Assembly: GCA_913043225.1 (NCBI GenBank)
Contig: CAJWLU010000004.1
Span: forward strand, 67,243-131,242
Source of the DNA: an uncultured Acidobacteriota bacterium
GTDB lineage: Bacteria; Acidobacteriota; Vicinamibacteria; Vicinamibacterales; UBA8438
DNA length: 64,000 nt
Reading direction: 5' to 3'
A model generated the notes under the pieces. It had not been told where the DNA came from, searched no databases, and worked only from the letters and a program-made list of their open reading frames with translations. Numbering within the stretch: position 1 is the first letter of the stretch; each line of letters begins with the position of its first letter. This document shows positions 49,484 through 59,666 of this stretch, piece after piece. Both the position numbers and the translations under genes were made by a program.

Positions 49484-50305
49484 GTGCTCATCGCCGGCCC
49501 GGCCGAGGAGTTGCACTTCGTGTCCACCTCTCACACGACCTTCGCAGTCGCCGACGCCGTCGCCACGCTGACCTTTACCCGTCCGGAAGCACGCAATGCC
49601 ATGACCTGGGCGATGTACGACGACCTGATCGCAACTTGTGACACCGTGGACGACGACGAGACCATCCGGGTCCTCGTGCTCCGCGGGATAGACGATCGGG
49701 CCTTCATCGCCGGCACCGACATCTCCCAGTTCACCTCGCTTAAGACCCGTGACGACGCGATCGCCTACGAGACCCGGATCGACGAAGTCGTCGGACGCCT
49801 CGAAGCAGTCACGGTGCCGACGATCGCCCGGGTCCAGGGGCCCGCGGTCGGTGGCGGCTTCATGATCGCCGTAGCGTGCGACATGCGCCTCTGCGGTCCA
49901 GACGCGCGGCTGGGCATCCCGGTCGCGCGCACCCTCGGCAACTGCCTGTCGGCGGCCAACTGTGCACGGCTCCTGGCCCTCGTCGGACCAGCCCGAGTCA
50001 AGGACCTGATGTACACCGGCCGTCTACTGGACGCTGATGAGGCGCTCCGCCTCGGTGTCGCAACCCGTGTCGTCCCCGCAGAGGAGCTCGACCAGCTCGT
50101 CAGCGAGACTGCGGCGACCCTGGCCAACAACGCTCCGCTCACCTTGCAGGCCACGAAGGAGTTGGTCAGGAGACTCGAACGATCGGGTCGAGATTCTCCG
50201 GAACTCGCCTACGACCTCATCACCCAGTGCTACACCAGCCACGACTTCCAACAAGCGGTGCGGTCCTTCGTGGCGAAACAGCGGCCGCGATGGACGGGTC
50301 ACTGA
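49484..50305 (+). CDS. Enoyl-CoA hydratase/isomerase (crotonase) family protein
   Basis: TLTFTRPEARNAM, FIAGTDI, GPAVGGGFMIAVACDMR. GTG start; a later start is possible. Confidence 0.85.
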   Translation: MLIAGPAEELHFVSTSHTTFAVADAVATLTFTRPEARNAMTWAMYDDLIATCDTVDDDETIRVLVLRGIDDRAFIAGTDISQFTSLKTRDDAIAYETRIDEVVGRLEAVTVPTIARVQGPAVGGGFMIAVACDMRLCGPDARLGIPVARTLGNCLSAANCARLLALVGPARVKDLMYTGRLLDADEALRLGVATRVVPAEELDQLVSETAATLANNAPLTLQATKELVRRLERSGRDSPELAYDLITQCYTSHDFQQAVRSFVAKQRPRWTGH

Positions 50306-51996
50306 CGACCGGCCAGCCCCGCGACGATGAGCGATTCCAACCGGCGCAACCCCTGGTCCACATCCCCTGTCAGCTGAACCCTGAGTAGCCCCCGGCCCCG
50401 TGCTTCGAGCACCTGGGCATCGCCCTGAGCCTGCGCCGCTTGCACCACCCCGAATGAATACGGATGGTCCGGAATCGGCACGTCCTCAACCTCCTCGATG
50501 GTCACCTGCAAGAACACCCCGCTGTCCGGCCCTCCCTTGAAGAGCTGTCCAATCGAATGGAGGAACCTCGGTCCGAAGCCGACCACAGTCGCCACCTCAC
50601 AGCCCTCCCGCACTGCCGCCCGAATCCGCGCAGAGGCCGCCATCGTCTCAGCGTCACGACGCAGGTACAGGAGTAAGGCGAAGTAATCTCCGGGCCCCAG
50701 CAGCGCAAGATGGGCGGAGATCAGCGCTTCGACCGTTGTCCTCCCGGCATCAGCCTTCTCTGGCCGCTCCGCGGCCCAGATCACCGACACCGCACCATCT
50801 CGCGCCCGCTCGTAAGTAGCGGGCAGGTTCCCGTGCTCCTCGTAGCTGCGCATCAGTTTTCGGCTCTCGACCTTACTAGCCTCCACGTCCGGCTGGTCGA
50901 AAGGGTTCACGTCCAGGACCGCACCACAAACAGCGGTGGCGATCTCCCAGCGGAAGAACTCGGCGGCCACCCCTACACGCTCAGACATCGTCCAACTTGC
51001 TACCGGATGACCAGCGGCAGCGAGCGCCGCGACTGGCTTATCGAGCGTATAGTCGGCTCCATCACGCACGTACACGAACACCCGATCCTGACCGTACACG
51101 TCGGATGTTCCGAGCGGCTCGTCCACGATCGGTATCACACCTTGCCCCGCCTTACCGGTGGACTCGGCAACCAACTGTTCGACCCACCAGCCCAGCGGCG
51201 CCAATTCGGGAGCCAGCACCAGGGTCACCTTGTCTCGCCCCATCTGCGCCGCTACGCCGAGCAACAGCCCCAGGCGCAAGCCTGGATTCTCAGTGACCGG
51301 GACCTCGGGACCACACGCGGCTGCCATCGCCTGCGCCTCGGCGACAAGTCGCCTGATATTGAGCCCGGTCACCGCAGCCGGCACTAGACCGAAGTTCGAG
51401 AGCGCCGAAAATCTACCGCCGATGGTGGGCTCTCCATGCCAAACCTGCCTAAAGCGGTAGGCACGAGCAAGCTTCTCCAAGGCCGACCCCGGATCGGTGA
51501 TCGCCAGACATCGACTGCCTACGCCGCCTTGGCCTACGGTCGTTGCCAGCCGCTCGAGTAGGTAGTCAGCCAGCCTCGACGTCTCCATCGTGGCACCTGA
51601 CTTGCTCGACACGATTACCAGCCCACGTTCGAGATCTACCCGATCGACCGTCCCACGCACTTGATCAGGGTTGGTCGAGTCCAACACGTGGAGTCGCGTC
51701 TCCGGTCGGCCGGCCAGCAGCTGCCCCAGAACCTCTGGAGCCAAACTGGACCCTCCCATGCCCAACAAGAGCACGTCCCGGATCCCCTCAGCCGCGGTCT
51801 CTCGCCGCAAGGCCTCCAGCTCCTCCAATGGAGCCAGGGTCGGCGCCTCCAGCCACCCAAGCCACCGGTCCTCGCCACTCCCCGTCCAGAGTTCGGCATC
51901 CCGCGCCCACAGCCGCTCCACACCGCGCTGGCGCTCCCACCGCAGGGCCGCGTCGACCATGCCGGTGTGCAGCAAGGGCGGGACCGTCAGCGACAT
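50299..51996 (-). CDS. pgi: Glucose-6-phosphate isomerase
   Basis: I prefer the ATG at 51996. LLLGMGGSSLAPEV, VIVSSKSGATMET, TIGGRFSALS. Confidence 0.85.
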   Translation of the reverse strand: MSLTVPPLLHTGMVDAALRWERQRGVERLWARDAELWTGSGEDRWLGWLEAPTLAPLEELEALRRETAAEGIRDVLLLGMGGSSLAPEVLGQLLAGRPETRLHVLDSTNPDQVRGTVDRVDLERGLVIVSSKSGATMETSRLADYLLERLATTVGQGGVGSRCLAITDPGSALEKLARAYRFRQVWHGEPTIGGRFSALSNFGLVPAAVTGLNIRRLVAEAQAMAAACGPEVPVTENPGLRLGLLLGVAAQMGRDKVTLVLAPELAPLGWWVEQLVAESTGKAGQGVIPIVDEPLGTSDVYGQDRVFVYVRDGADYTLDKPVAALAAAGHPVASWTMSERVGVAAEFFRWEIATAVCGAVLDVNPFDQPDVEASKVESRKLMRSYEEHGNLPATYERARDGAVSVIWAAERPEKADAGRTTVEALISAHLALLGPGDYFALLLYLRRDAETMAASARIRAAVREGCEVATVVGFGPRFLHSIGQLFKGGPDSGVFLQVTIEEVEDVPIPDHPYSFGVVQAAQAQGDAQVLEARGRGLLRVQLTGDVDQGLRRLESLIVAGLAGRQ

Positions 51997-52003
51997 CACG
52001 CCC

Positions 52004-52765
52004 TCAGACACTCTGGTCTCCTTCTCCCGCCGCGGCCCGATCGAGCCACCAGTGCACCTCTCCTTCACACCGGCGCGCGCCGTGCAAGGGGAATCGGACT
52101 GGATCCGATGCCGCCCGCCTAGCCTCACGCACCGCCGCCGCCTTCGCTGGTCCGGTCGCCACGATATGCAGCTGTCTCGACCGCCTGAGCAACGTCCACG
52201 TCATGGTGACACGCTGAGGCGGCGGCTTAGGGCTGTCCTCCACCGCGACCACCCACGCACCCGTGTCCACTCGCACCCCCGGGAAAAGTGACGCTGTGTG
52301 TCCGTCTTCACCGATCCCCAGCAACACCCAATCTGGCCGACCGTCGCTCATCGCCCAGACATCCCGCAGTCGCCGTTCATACTCTGCCGCCGCGGCTCCC
52401 GGCGCCGATAGCTCCGTCGGCACGGGGCAGGCCACCTGACGTACATCCAGGCCAAGGGGATCGAATAGTCCCCGCCGAGCCTGGGCGAAGTTCGAGGCCC
52501 TGTCCGACACTGGCACCCACCGCTCGTCGGCCCAGGCGAACCGCACCTTGTCCCAAGGAAGCTCGTGCCGGTAGTCTGAAGCCAGACGACCAAAGAGCGG
52601 CATAGGCGAGTTCCCCCCTGGCAACACGACAAAGAACGGCCGCTCCATGAGGATCCGCTGAGCTGCTTCGACGAAGGCCGCTGCGAGGCCAGCTGACAGA
52701 GCGTCCGCGTCCTCCGCCACATGCACCAGCGGTCTCCGATCCTCGTCGTAGACCTCATTCGCCAT
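52004..52765 (-). CDS. pgl: 6-phosphogluconolactonase
   Basis: I prefer the ATG at 52765. VLPGGNSP, WADERWVP, LLGIGEDGHTASLFP. Confidence 0.85.
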   Translation of the reverse strand: MANEVYDEDRRPLVHVAEDADALSAGLAAAFVEAAQRILMERPFFVVLPGGNSPMPLFGRLASDYRHELPWDKVRFAWADERWVPVSDRASNFAQARRGLFDPLGLDVRQVACPVPTELSAPGAAAAEYERRLRDVWAMSDGRPDWVLLGIGEDGHTASLFPGVRVDTGAWVVAVEDSPKPPPQRVTMTWTLLRRSRQLHIVATGPAKAAAVREARRAASDPVRFPLHGARRCEGEVHWWLDRAAAGEGDQSV

Positions 52766-54116
52766 GAGGCCCCGCTCCCGCCTGGCTAGCCAGCACGCTC
52801 TCCGCGAGCTGGTCAAGACCCGCACTCCGCGTGACCTGATACACCGCCGGGGATTCGAGTCGACGCACCGCACTCGGGAGTTCCGCCACCGCCGTCCGGC
52901 ATCGACTTCGGGCCTCCAGCGTCGATACCGGAGCGACGGTCCGCTCACCTCCGCGCATGACCTGTCTCAACAACGGTTCAAACCCCATCGGACCTGGTTC
53001 GTCACACAGTCCGACCGTGTCGCCGACCGCCCGACCGCCGTCGCGCCGGCGCCAGACCTGTTTCCTGCCAGGCGCCGTTCGCTTGCCCGTGCTCAGCTTC
53101 ATCAGCGGAGTCAGCACTCCACCCTGCTCGACCTCCACGATCTTGTAGACACCACTCAAGAACGGGGCATCGGACGACGTGCTAAGCGCCGTCCCAACAC
53201 CAAACCCGTCGATCGGTGCCCCCGAGGACGCCAGCGCCGCAACCCGGAACTCGTCGAGATCCCCACTGACGATGATCCGCGTCTCGGTCAATCCTCCAGC
53301 ATCCAACCGGGCACGCACCGCCCGGCTGAGCCCTTCGAGATCACCGCTATCGAGACGGACCGCTGCCGGCGCCAGTCCCGCCTCGGTGATCGCGTTGGTC
53401 GCCACGATCGGATCGTAGGTGTCGATCAGTAGAACCGCCTGATCGCCAAAAAGTTCAACATACCGACGGTACGCCGTGATCTCATTGTTCGACGCCATCA
53501 CCCAGGAATGCGCCATCGTCCCCGCGACCGGGACCCGATAGCGGAAACCGGCCGCGGCGCTCGACGTCGCGTCACATCCCCCCAGCACCGCCGCGCGTGC
53601 CGCCGCCACGGCGGCCTCGACCCCGTGTGCTCGACGTCCTCCGAACTCGGTTACCGCACGGCCGGCCGCGGCCTCGACCACGCGTGCTGCCCGGCTAGCC
53701 ACTGACGTCTGGAACAATACCGTCGACAGCAGCGCTGTCTCGACCAGCTGGGCTTCGGCCAGCGCCCCCCTCACCAGGAGCAGCGGTTCTCCAGCGAAGA
53801 CCGGCGTCCCCTCCGGCATGGCCCAGACGTCACCACTGAATCTCAGCCCTGGCAGATACTCGTCGAAGAACGACGCTGGAGCTCCGGACAGCGCTGGCAC
53901 TGACCGCAAGAACTCGATCTCTTCCGGGGCGCATTGCCACGAGGAGAGGAACTCGAGCACTGGCTCCAAACCCGCGGCAACAAGATAGCCACGTGTCGCC
54001 GGAAGCTCCCGCACAAAGAGCTCGAACGACCCGTGGGCCTTGCCAGCACTCGCGTAGTAGCCCGCGGCCATCGCGAATTCGTAGAGGTCGGTCGAAAGCG
54101 CTCCGGCGGGGGCCAT
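52755..54116 (-). CDS. pncB: Nicotinate phosphoribosyltransferase
   Basis: 453 aa. LSTDLYEFAMAAGY..., GTMAHSWV, VRLDSGD. 11-nt overlap with pgl. Confidence 0.9.
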   Translation of the reverse strand: MAPAGALSTDLYEFAMAAGYYASAGKAHGSFELFVRELPATRGYLVAAGLEPVLEFLSSWQCAPEEIEFLRSVPALSGAPASFFDEYLPGLRFSGDVWAMPEGTPVFAGEPLLLVRGALAEAQLVETALLSTVLFQTSVASRAARVVEAAAGRAVTEFGGRRAHGVEAAVAAARAAVLGGCDATSSAAAGFRYRVPVAGTMAHSWVMASNNEITAYRRYVELFGDQAVLLIDTYDPIVATNAITEAGLAPAAVRLDSGDLEGLSRAVRARLDAGGLTETRIIVSGDLDEFRVAALASSGAPIDGFGVGTALSTSSDAPFLSGVYKIVEVEQGGVLTPLMKLSTGKRTAPGRKQVWRRRDGGRAVGDTVGLCDEPGPMGFEPLLRQVMRGGERTVAPVSTLEARSRCRTAVAELPSAVRRLESPAVYQVTRSAGLDQLAESVLASQAGAGPHGE

Positions 54117-54167
54117 GGACAGTCGGCTGAGGGTTAGTGTTGTTGGCGCGGTGGTAATGTATCACCG

Positions 54168-54779
54168 ATGCCCACGACGGCCGGCCCAGGTGTCCAAGAC
54201 CCAACCGCACTTCTATTAATCGACCTGCAGCGAGACTTCTGCCCTGGAGGAGCGCTCGCCGTGCGCGGCGGCGATTTCGTCATTCCCGTCGTGAACCGGC
54301 TGTTACTCACCTCCCCCGCCGACTGCCCCCTCTACGCCACGCGCGACTGGCACCCGCCCAGTTCCACCCATTTCAAGCCCCATGGCGACTGGCCCCCTCA
54401 TTGCGTCGCCGAGTCCGACGGCGCCCGCTTCCACCCCAAGCTTGCCCTGCCCCCCAATGCGCAGATCGTGAGCAAGGGAGTCGAGCCGGAAAGCGATGGA
54501 TACTCGGCATTCGACGGAGCGCTCGAGAATGGCACCTCACTGGAAGAGGAACTACGTGGCAGGGGAGTGACTCACGTAGTCGTCGCTGGGCTCGCGACGG
54601 ACTACTGCGTGCGCCACTCGGTGCTAGACGGGCTCGGATGCGGGTGGGCGGTGACGGTGGTCACCGACGCGATCGCGCCTGTCGACCTACGGGTTGGTGA
54701 TGGAGAGCGGGCACTACAAGAAATGAAAGCGGCCGGAGCTACGCTCCGGCCGTCTCATAACCTCTTCTCGCGGAGCTGA
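54168..54779 (+). CDS. pncA: Nicotinamidase/pyrazinamidase (isochorismatase fold)
   Basis: LLLIDLQRDFCPGGALAV, DWHP..H, GLATDYCV (catalytic Cys). Divergent from pncB. Confidence 0.85.
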   Translation: MPTTAGPGVQDPTALLLIDLQRDFCPGGALAVRGGDFVIPVVNRLLLTSPADCPLYATRDWHPPSSTHFKPHGDWPPHCVAESDGARFHPKLALPPNAQIVSKGVEPESDGYSAFDGALENGTSLEEELRGRGVTHVVVAGLATDYCVRHSVLDGLGCGWAVTVVTDAIAPVDLRVGDGERALQEMKAAGATLRPSHNLFSRS

Positions 54780-54801
54780 CCCGCGACGCCCCACCGAAGC
54801 C

Positions 54802-57645
54802 CTAGTTTCCGGACATCGGGCTCGGCCCGCCGCGGAACGTCAACAGGTAGTCTCGAATCGACTCAATCTGAGCTACTCCGTCCTGCTCGAACTGCGGATA
54901 GAACGACCCGGGATACTCGGTCCAGAACGTCGGCATACGCGTGCCCGGCTGAATCCCCAGGGGGTTCACCAACCAGTCGACGATCCAGTCCGGTTGCAGG
55001 CGCTCTCGCGCCATCCGCAGGTCTGGCGCGAGATTGGACAGCTCCTGGTCTTCAGGAATGGTGTCGAGCACGTGGCACTGCTGGCAACGCAATAGATCGA
55101 AGAGTTCCTCACCCGTCTGGATGGTCTCGTTCGAGGGCACCTCCTCGTGAGTGCGGAACTCACCAATAGAGCCAGACACGGCAGCGAAGTAGTCGATCAC
55201 CCCGTTCCAGTGCTGATCGTCGAGACCGAAGGTTGGCATCCGCACCTCCAGCCACGGGCGAATAGTGATCGGCCCTCGGAAGAATGCGTACATCCAGTCC
55301 GGCTTGACCTTCGCTCCCTGTGGGGTAAGCATCGGCGGCGCCAGCGAGGGCTCCTCAACCAACGCGACGTAGTCACCACCGTCGGCCTCAATCTCGTGGC
55401 ATGCCACACAATTTCGACGTCGGACCAGGTTGCGCCCCTCGACGAGCGCATCCTCCTGCGCACCTCGAGGTCGCTGCGCCTCCTTCGGCTGCACGTCCCG
55501 CTGGAAGCTCAGGACAGCGGTCGTCAGCAAACGCGCTTCGTCCGCCGAGAACCCGAAGTTCGGCATCCGTAACTTTTCGAGCGGCTGCAGGATCCGGTTC
55601 GTGTCATAGATCCGCGGATCGACTAGCTTCTGGTTGATCCAGTCGCGTTTGGTGTGAGGAATATCGTGCACGAACGCAAAGTCGAACTGCGGAAGCAGCT
55701 TGCTACCTTCCTCGGTCAGCTCAACGCCGATAGGCTGGACATCCTCGAAGCCAGTGATCTGGTGGCAGCTGTAGCAGCCGTAACGCCCGATGGCCCGACG
55801 TCCGAGATCGTGCTGCTTCTCTTGAGCGCTCATCCCAGCAATAGTGCTCTGGGCCTCCTCGAACGGCACGATGGCACGCATGTAGTCAAGAAGCACCGCA
55901 TCAACATCTGCCTGCTGGTACGTGGCGGTGGCCGGCGTCCCGGCCCTCCCGGTCAACCCCTCCAGGTACGTGGCCACGTCTGCCACTTCGGCATCAGTGA
56001 GCCGCATATCCGGCATGTAAGTTTCGCTGCTGTAGTGCTTCGGATCGCGGACCCAGTCGAAGATCCACTCGTACGTGGTCTTGCTTCCCAGGGCCTGGAG
56101 CGGCTGTCCGAACGTCCGTCGCGGTCCGGCGGCCTCACGGCCTTCGTCGCCCGTGATGTGACAAGCCAGGCAGCCGACCGATTCAACAATCTGCTGACCG
56201 TTCGCCGCGTCGCCACGCGGCGGCGCAGACACCGCAAAGTCGTGGTCCTCGGAGTTGGCAAACAGATACGCCACAACCGCGTCGATCTCGACTTCATTGC
56301 GCACCGGGAAACCCTCGTCCTCGGCACTGTTGTTCGAGTTGTACCAGACCTTCGGCATCCAGGTGCTCGGCTTGACAGCACGTGGATCACGGATCCAGTT
56401 AGCCACCCAATCTTCATCGAGCTTGGACGCTACCCTCGTCAGATCCGGGCCCGGCTTCCTAAGATCGGCAAAACCAGCAGTGTTGTGGCAGGCATAGCAG
56501 CCGGCTCGCTCGTACATCCCGTAGGCCACGTTGAGCTTCTCGGCACCCGGCACAAACACCTCGCCCTGGTGGCACTTGCGGCACGACGCCTCAGCCATAC
56601 CATTGGGCAGCATCGGCAGATCCCAGTAGTGCTGCTCTTCCCAGTCGTACTTCTCTTCCCACTCGGCCATCTGCTCGTCCGATGATGGCGAGTGAGCCGC
56701 TTGGACGAAGTTAATCGTCTGCCCCATCCCCTCGTGGCACACGGTGCACCCGGTAGACTCGAGGGAATGGGGTGACGCACTCCCGACATACAGGTCAAGG
56801 TTGGGGTGGGTACGGAACGGCTGCGGGTAGTCCTCGTAGCCTTCCCGATCGATCGCCAGATGGCAGGTCTGACACCGATCCATCTTCGCCACGCGGGTGA
56901 AGTTCACGTCGTCGACAACGTTCGGCGTGATGGTCTGTCGCACCGTCAGGGACGGGGCCATAAAGTCGAGCAACGGAGCATTCAGTAAATAGTCGTTGAT
57001 CAGGCTCGGCTCGAGATCGTCGACCAGCCCCTGTAACCGTTCCGTTTCTCCGACCAGGCCGCCTAGCTCCGCGGTAAGGTTATCTACCTGCGCGGTAATC
57101 GCCCCGATCTGGTTCCGGATCTCGCCGCGTTCGGCTTCGAGACGCTCCACCTCGAGGCCTTCCGCGACCCAGCGCTCATAGAGGGCGGTGACGTCCTCCT
57201 CGCCCGCAACCTCGTGGTCCTCGCCAGCGCCATGCGCTTCTTCTCGCTCCACCTCAAACGCGTACCGATCAACGTCGTATTCAGCCTTGGTAAAATTGAA
57301 GGCCTGGGTCGCGATAAAGAGTTGTCGCTCGACTTCCGCTAGCTGCCCCTCCAGGTCGTCGACCTGCGCCTGACTCGCACCCACCTGCTGCGCCGCCGCG
57401 TCCCGTTGGGCCGTGACCTCGGCTACCTGCGCCTGATTGACGTTGGCCTGCTCCGCCACCAGGCTCGCGCGCGTCACCTCCATCTCAAGGGAACTGAACT
57501 GGCGCTGGTAGTTCTTCCACTCCCGGTCGTAGTCGTCCCACACCATCCAGACTGTCGAAAAGAGCACAAACAAACTGGACGCGGCGAAAACCACGTTCAG
57601 GAAATCGATGTTGTAGGCGTGTCCGACTGCCCGCTTATCTGCCAT
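54802..57645 (-). CDS. Membrane-anchored octahaem cytochrome c (terminal gene of the Rieske/cyt b operon)
   Basis: 947 aa. N-terminal TM (FLNVVFAASSLFVLFSTVWMVW), a ~200-aa coiled-coil, and eight CxxCH motifs (CQTCH, CTVCH, CRKCH, CYACH, CLACH, CYSCH, CVACH, CQQCH). Confidence 0.85.
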   Translation of the reverse strand: MADKRAVGHAYNIDFLNVVFAASSLFVLFSTVWMVWDDYDREWKNYQRQFSSLEMEVTRASLVAEQANVNQAQVAEVTAQRDAAAQQVGASQAQVDDLEGQLAEVERQLFIATQAFNFTKAEYDVDRYAFEVEREEAHGAGEDHEVAGEEDVTALYERWVAEGLEVERLEAERGEIRNQIGAITAQVDNLTAELGGLVGETERLQGLVDDLEPSLINDYLLNAPLLDFMAPSLTVRQTITPNVVDDVNFTRVAKMDRCQTCHLAIDREGYEDYPQPFRTHPNLDLYVGSASPHSLESTGCTVCHEGMGQTINFVQAAHSPSSDEQMAEWEEKYDWEEQHYWDLPMLPNGMAEASCRKCHQGEVFVPGAEKLNVAYGMYERAGCYACHNTAGFADLRKPGPDLTRVASKLDEDWVANWIRDPRAVKPSTWMPKVWYNSNNSAEDEGFPVRNEVEIDAVVAYLFANSEDHDFAVSAPPRGDAANGQQIVESVGCLACHITGDEGREAAGPRRTFGQPLQALGSKTTYEWIFDWVRDPKHYSSETYMPDMRLTDAEVADVATYLEGLTGRAGTPATATYQQADVDAVLLDYMRAIVPFEEAQSTIAGMSAQEKQHDLGRRAIGRYGCYSCHQITGFEDVQPIGVELTEEGSKLLPQFDFAFVHDIPHTKRDWINQKLVDPRIYDTNRILQPLEKLRMPNFGFSADEARLLTTAVLSFQRDVQPKEAQRPRGAQEDALVEGRNLVRRRNCVACHEIEADGGDYVALVEEPSLAPPMLTPQGAKVKPDWMYAFFRGPITIRPWLEVRMPTFGLDDQHWNGVIDYFAAVSGSIGEFRTHEEVPSNETIQTGEELFDLLRCQQCHVLDTIPEDQELSNLAPDLRMARERLQPDWIVDWLVNPLGIQPGTRMPTFWTEYPGSFYPQFEQDGVAQIESIRDYLLTFRGGPSPMSGN

Positions 57646-57703
57646 GGCGCAACATCTCGCCGTCCGAAGACGGCCTCAAAAGCAACGATCGTGAACTCAG
57701 CAT

Positions 57704-58780
57704 CTAGATATTGAAGAAATACTCCGGAATCGACACGACGTACTTCAGATTAAACAGCCACCGGAGCAGCATCTTGACCGGCAACGAAAGCATCGCGAGA
57801 AACAGCGTGACAGTCACATAGAACCGCGTCGGACCCAGCTTCTCGTAGTAGCGGCTAAGGCCCTTCTTGGCCAGGGCGACGGGCAGCACAAACACGTACA
57901 CGAGCGTGAGTAGGATGCCGAAACTTTCTCGAACCAAGGGATTCTCAGGTAGGGCCATCCCAAGCCCACGTACCCAGATATAGTCCGAGAGCTGGACGCT
58001 GGTCAGCGCCTCGAGCTTGTGTACATCCCAGTATTCGAATGGGCCGAAGAAATTCCAGTTCGGCCCCCGAAGGAAGGTACCCAGCACGATCAGCGAGTTC
58101 CAGAGAATGATGAAGCCGAACAGGAAGATGACGATCTCGGCCTTCCGCTCGACGAACGTGTAGTATCCGTTTCCCTTTGGGTTCTTGTCGACGTAAGGAA
58201 TCGCCATCAGGCCCACGATGATCAGTGACGGCAGGACCACCCCGGCCAGCCACGGATCGTAGTAGACCAGCATCTCCTGTAAACCGAGGAAATACCACGG
58301 TGCCTTGGAGGGGTTCGGCGTGTTGGCGTTGTTGGCCGGCTGCTCAATCGGGGCCTCGAGGCCGATCGACCACACGATCAGAATGACCATGCAGACGACC
58401 ATCGCGATGAGTTCCGTATAAACCAGGTCGGGCCAGGTCCAGACGCGATCCTCTTCCTCTTTCTCGATGGGTTCCTTCCCAGCGGCGATCCGCTGGTCGT
58501 TGCGCACCCCTTCGCGTACCGAGTACCAGGTAAAGAACACCAGCAGGAAGATCAACGCCACAATAGGTACGTTGTCTGGCTTGGTGATGATTTTGTTGAA
58601 GTTCTCGTCAGTCAGCCCAAACGCGAAGAAGATGGCCAGAAAGACCATCATCCCCCAACCCCAGCTGTTGCTAGCCCACGCCTCGCGCTTCCAGACGATC
58701 AGGACCAGTGCGACCACTGAGATCGTAAAGAACAGCCGCGGATCGGCAAAGAGGTCAATGAAGCCTTTTATCGCGTCCAT
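57704..58780 (-). CDS. Cytochrome b C-terminal half / subunit IV-like protein, enlarged
   Basis: 358 aa, polytopic. PEWY-equivalent region SKAPWYFLGLQEMLVYY. Confidence 0.75.
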   Translation of the reverse strand: MDAIKGFIDLFADPRLFFTISVVALVLIVWKREAWASNSWGWGMMVFLAIFFAFGLTDENFNKIITKPDNVPIVALIFLLVFFTWYSVREGVRNDQRIAAGKEPIEKEEEDRVWTWPDLVYTELIAMVVCMVILIVWSIGLEAPIEQPANNANTPNPSKAPWYFLGLQEMLVYYDPWLAGVVLPSLIIVGLMAIPYVDKNPKGNGYYTFVERKAEIVIFLFGFIILWNSLIVLGTFLRGPNWNFFGPFEYWDVHKLEALTSVQLSDYIWVRGLGMALPENPLVRESFGILLTLVYVFVLPVALAKKGLSRYYEKLGPTRFYVTVTLFLAMLSLPVKMLLRWLFNLKYVVSIPEYFFNI

Positions 58781-58836
58781 GTCTCGTATCCGTCAGATTC
58801 CGTCTTCGCTGTCTGACTCTCGATTCCTGCCGGTCC

Positions 58837-59652
58837 CTAGAGCGGCCCCGAGATCCCGCCGTCCTTCCGCACGCGCCAGAAGTGCACGGCCATGAGAAAA
58901 CCAATGACCAGCGGCAATGCCACGCAGTGGAGCACATAAAAGCGCAGCAACGCGCCCTCGCCTACCAGCGTGCCCCCGAGCAGAGCGAACCGGGCGTCAT
59001 CGGCCGCGTGCACCAGTTGGACGTCACCCAGACGCATCAGCTGAAAACCTGGGCCTTCGTGTCCGAGGAACGGTGTCGCCCGGGCCATGTTCGAACCAAC
59101 GGTAATCGCCCAGATGGCCAGCTGGTCCCATGGGAGCAGATAGCCGGTAAACGACAACAGTAACGTCAACACCAGCATGATGACGCCGACGTTCCAGTTG
59201 AACTCCCGAGGTGGCTTATAGGAGCCCGTCATGAAGACCCGGAACATGTGGAGCCACACGGTAATGACCATGGCGTGCGCACCCCAGCGGTGCATCTCGC
59301 GCATGATGCCCAGCGGCACGTGCTCGCGCAGCCCGACGATATCGGAGTACGCGTACTCCAACGTCGGCCGGTAGTAGAACATCAACAGCAATCCGGTAAA
59401 GGTCAGCACCAGGAAGAGGAAGAAGCTGATGCCGCCCATGCACCACGTGTAGCGCAGACGCACACCCGACTTGCGGAGACGCACCGGGTGCATGTGCAGA
59501 AAGACGTTGGACAGCATGACCAGCACGCGATTCCGATCGTTAATCGGAGCCGTGTGCCGGAAGATCGACGTCCAGATCTGGGTCTCGGTGATCCAGTCCC
59601 ACGCCCGCACGAGCGCCGGAGCCTTCGGTTCGATGGTCTTGGTGTCAGCCAT
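58837..59652 (-). CDS. Cytochrome b (b6-like N-terminal four-helix half)
   Basis: 271 aa. His pairs in [15 protein letters not shown] and [17 protein letters not shown]. Confidence 0.9.
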   Translation of the reverse strand: MADTKTIEPKAPALVRAWDWITETQIWTSIFRHTAPINDRNRVLVMLSNVFLHMHPVRLRKSGVRLRYTWCMGGISFFLFLVLTFTGLLLMFYYRPTLEYAYSDIVGLREHVPLGIMREMHRWGAHAMVITVWLHMFRVFMTGSYKPPREFNWNVGVIMLVLTLLLSFTGYLLPWDQLAIWAITVGSNMARATPFLGHEGPGFQLMRLGDVQLVHAADDARFALLGGTLVGEGALLRFYVLHCVALPLVIGFLMAVHFWRVRKDGGISGPL

Positions 59653-59666
59653 GATCGCCTAACTAA

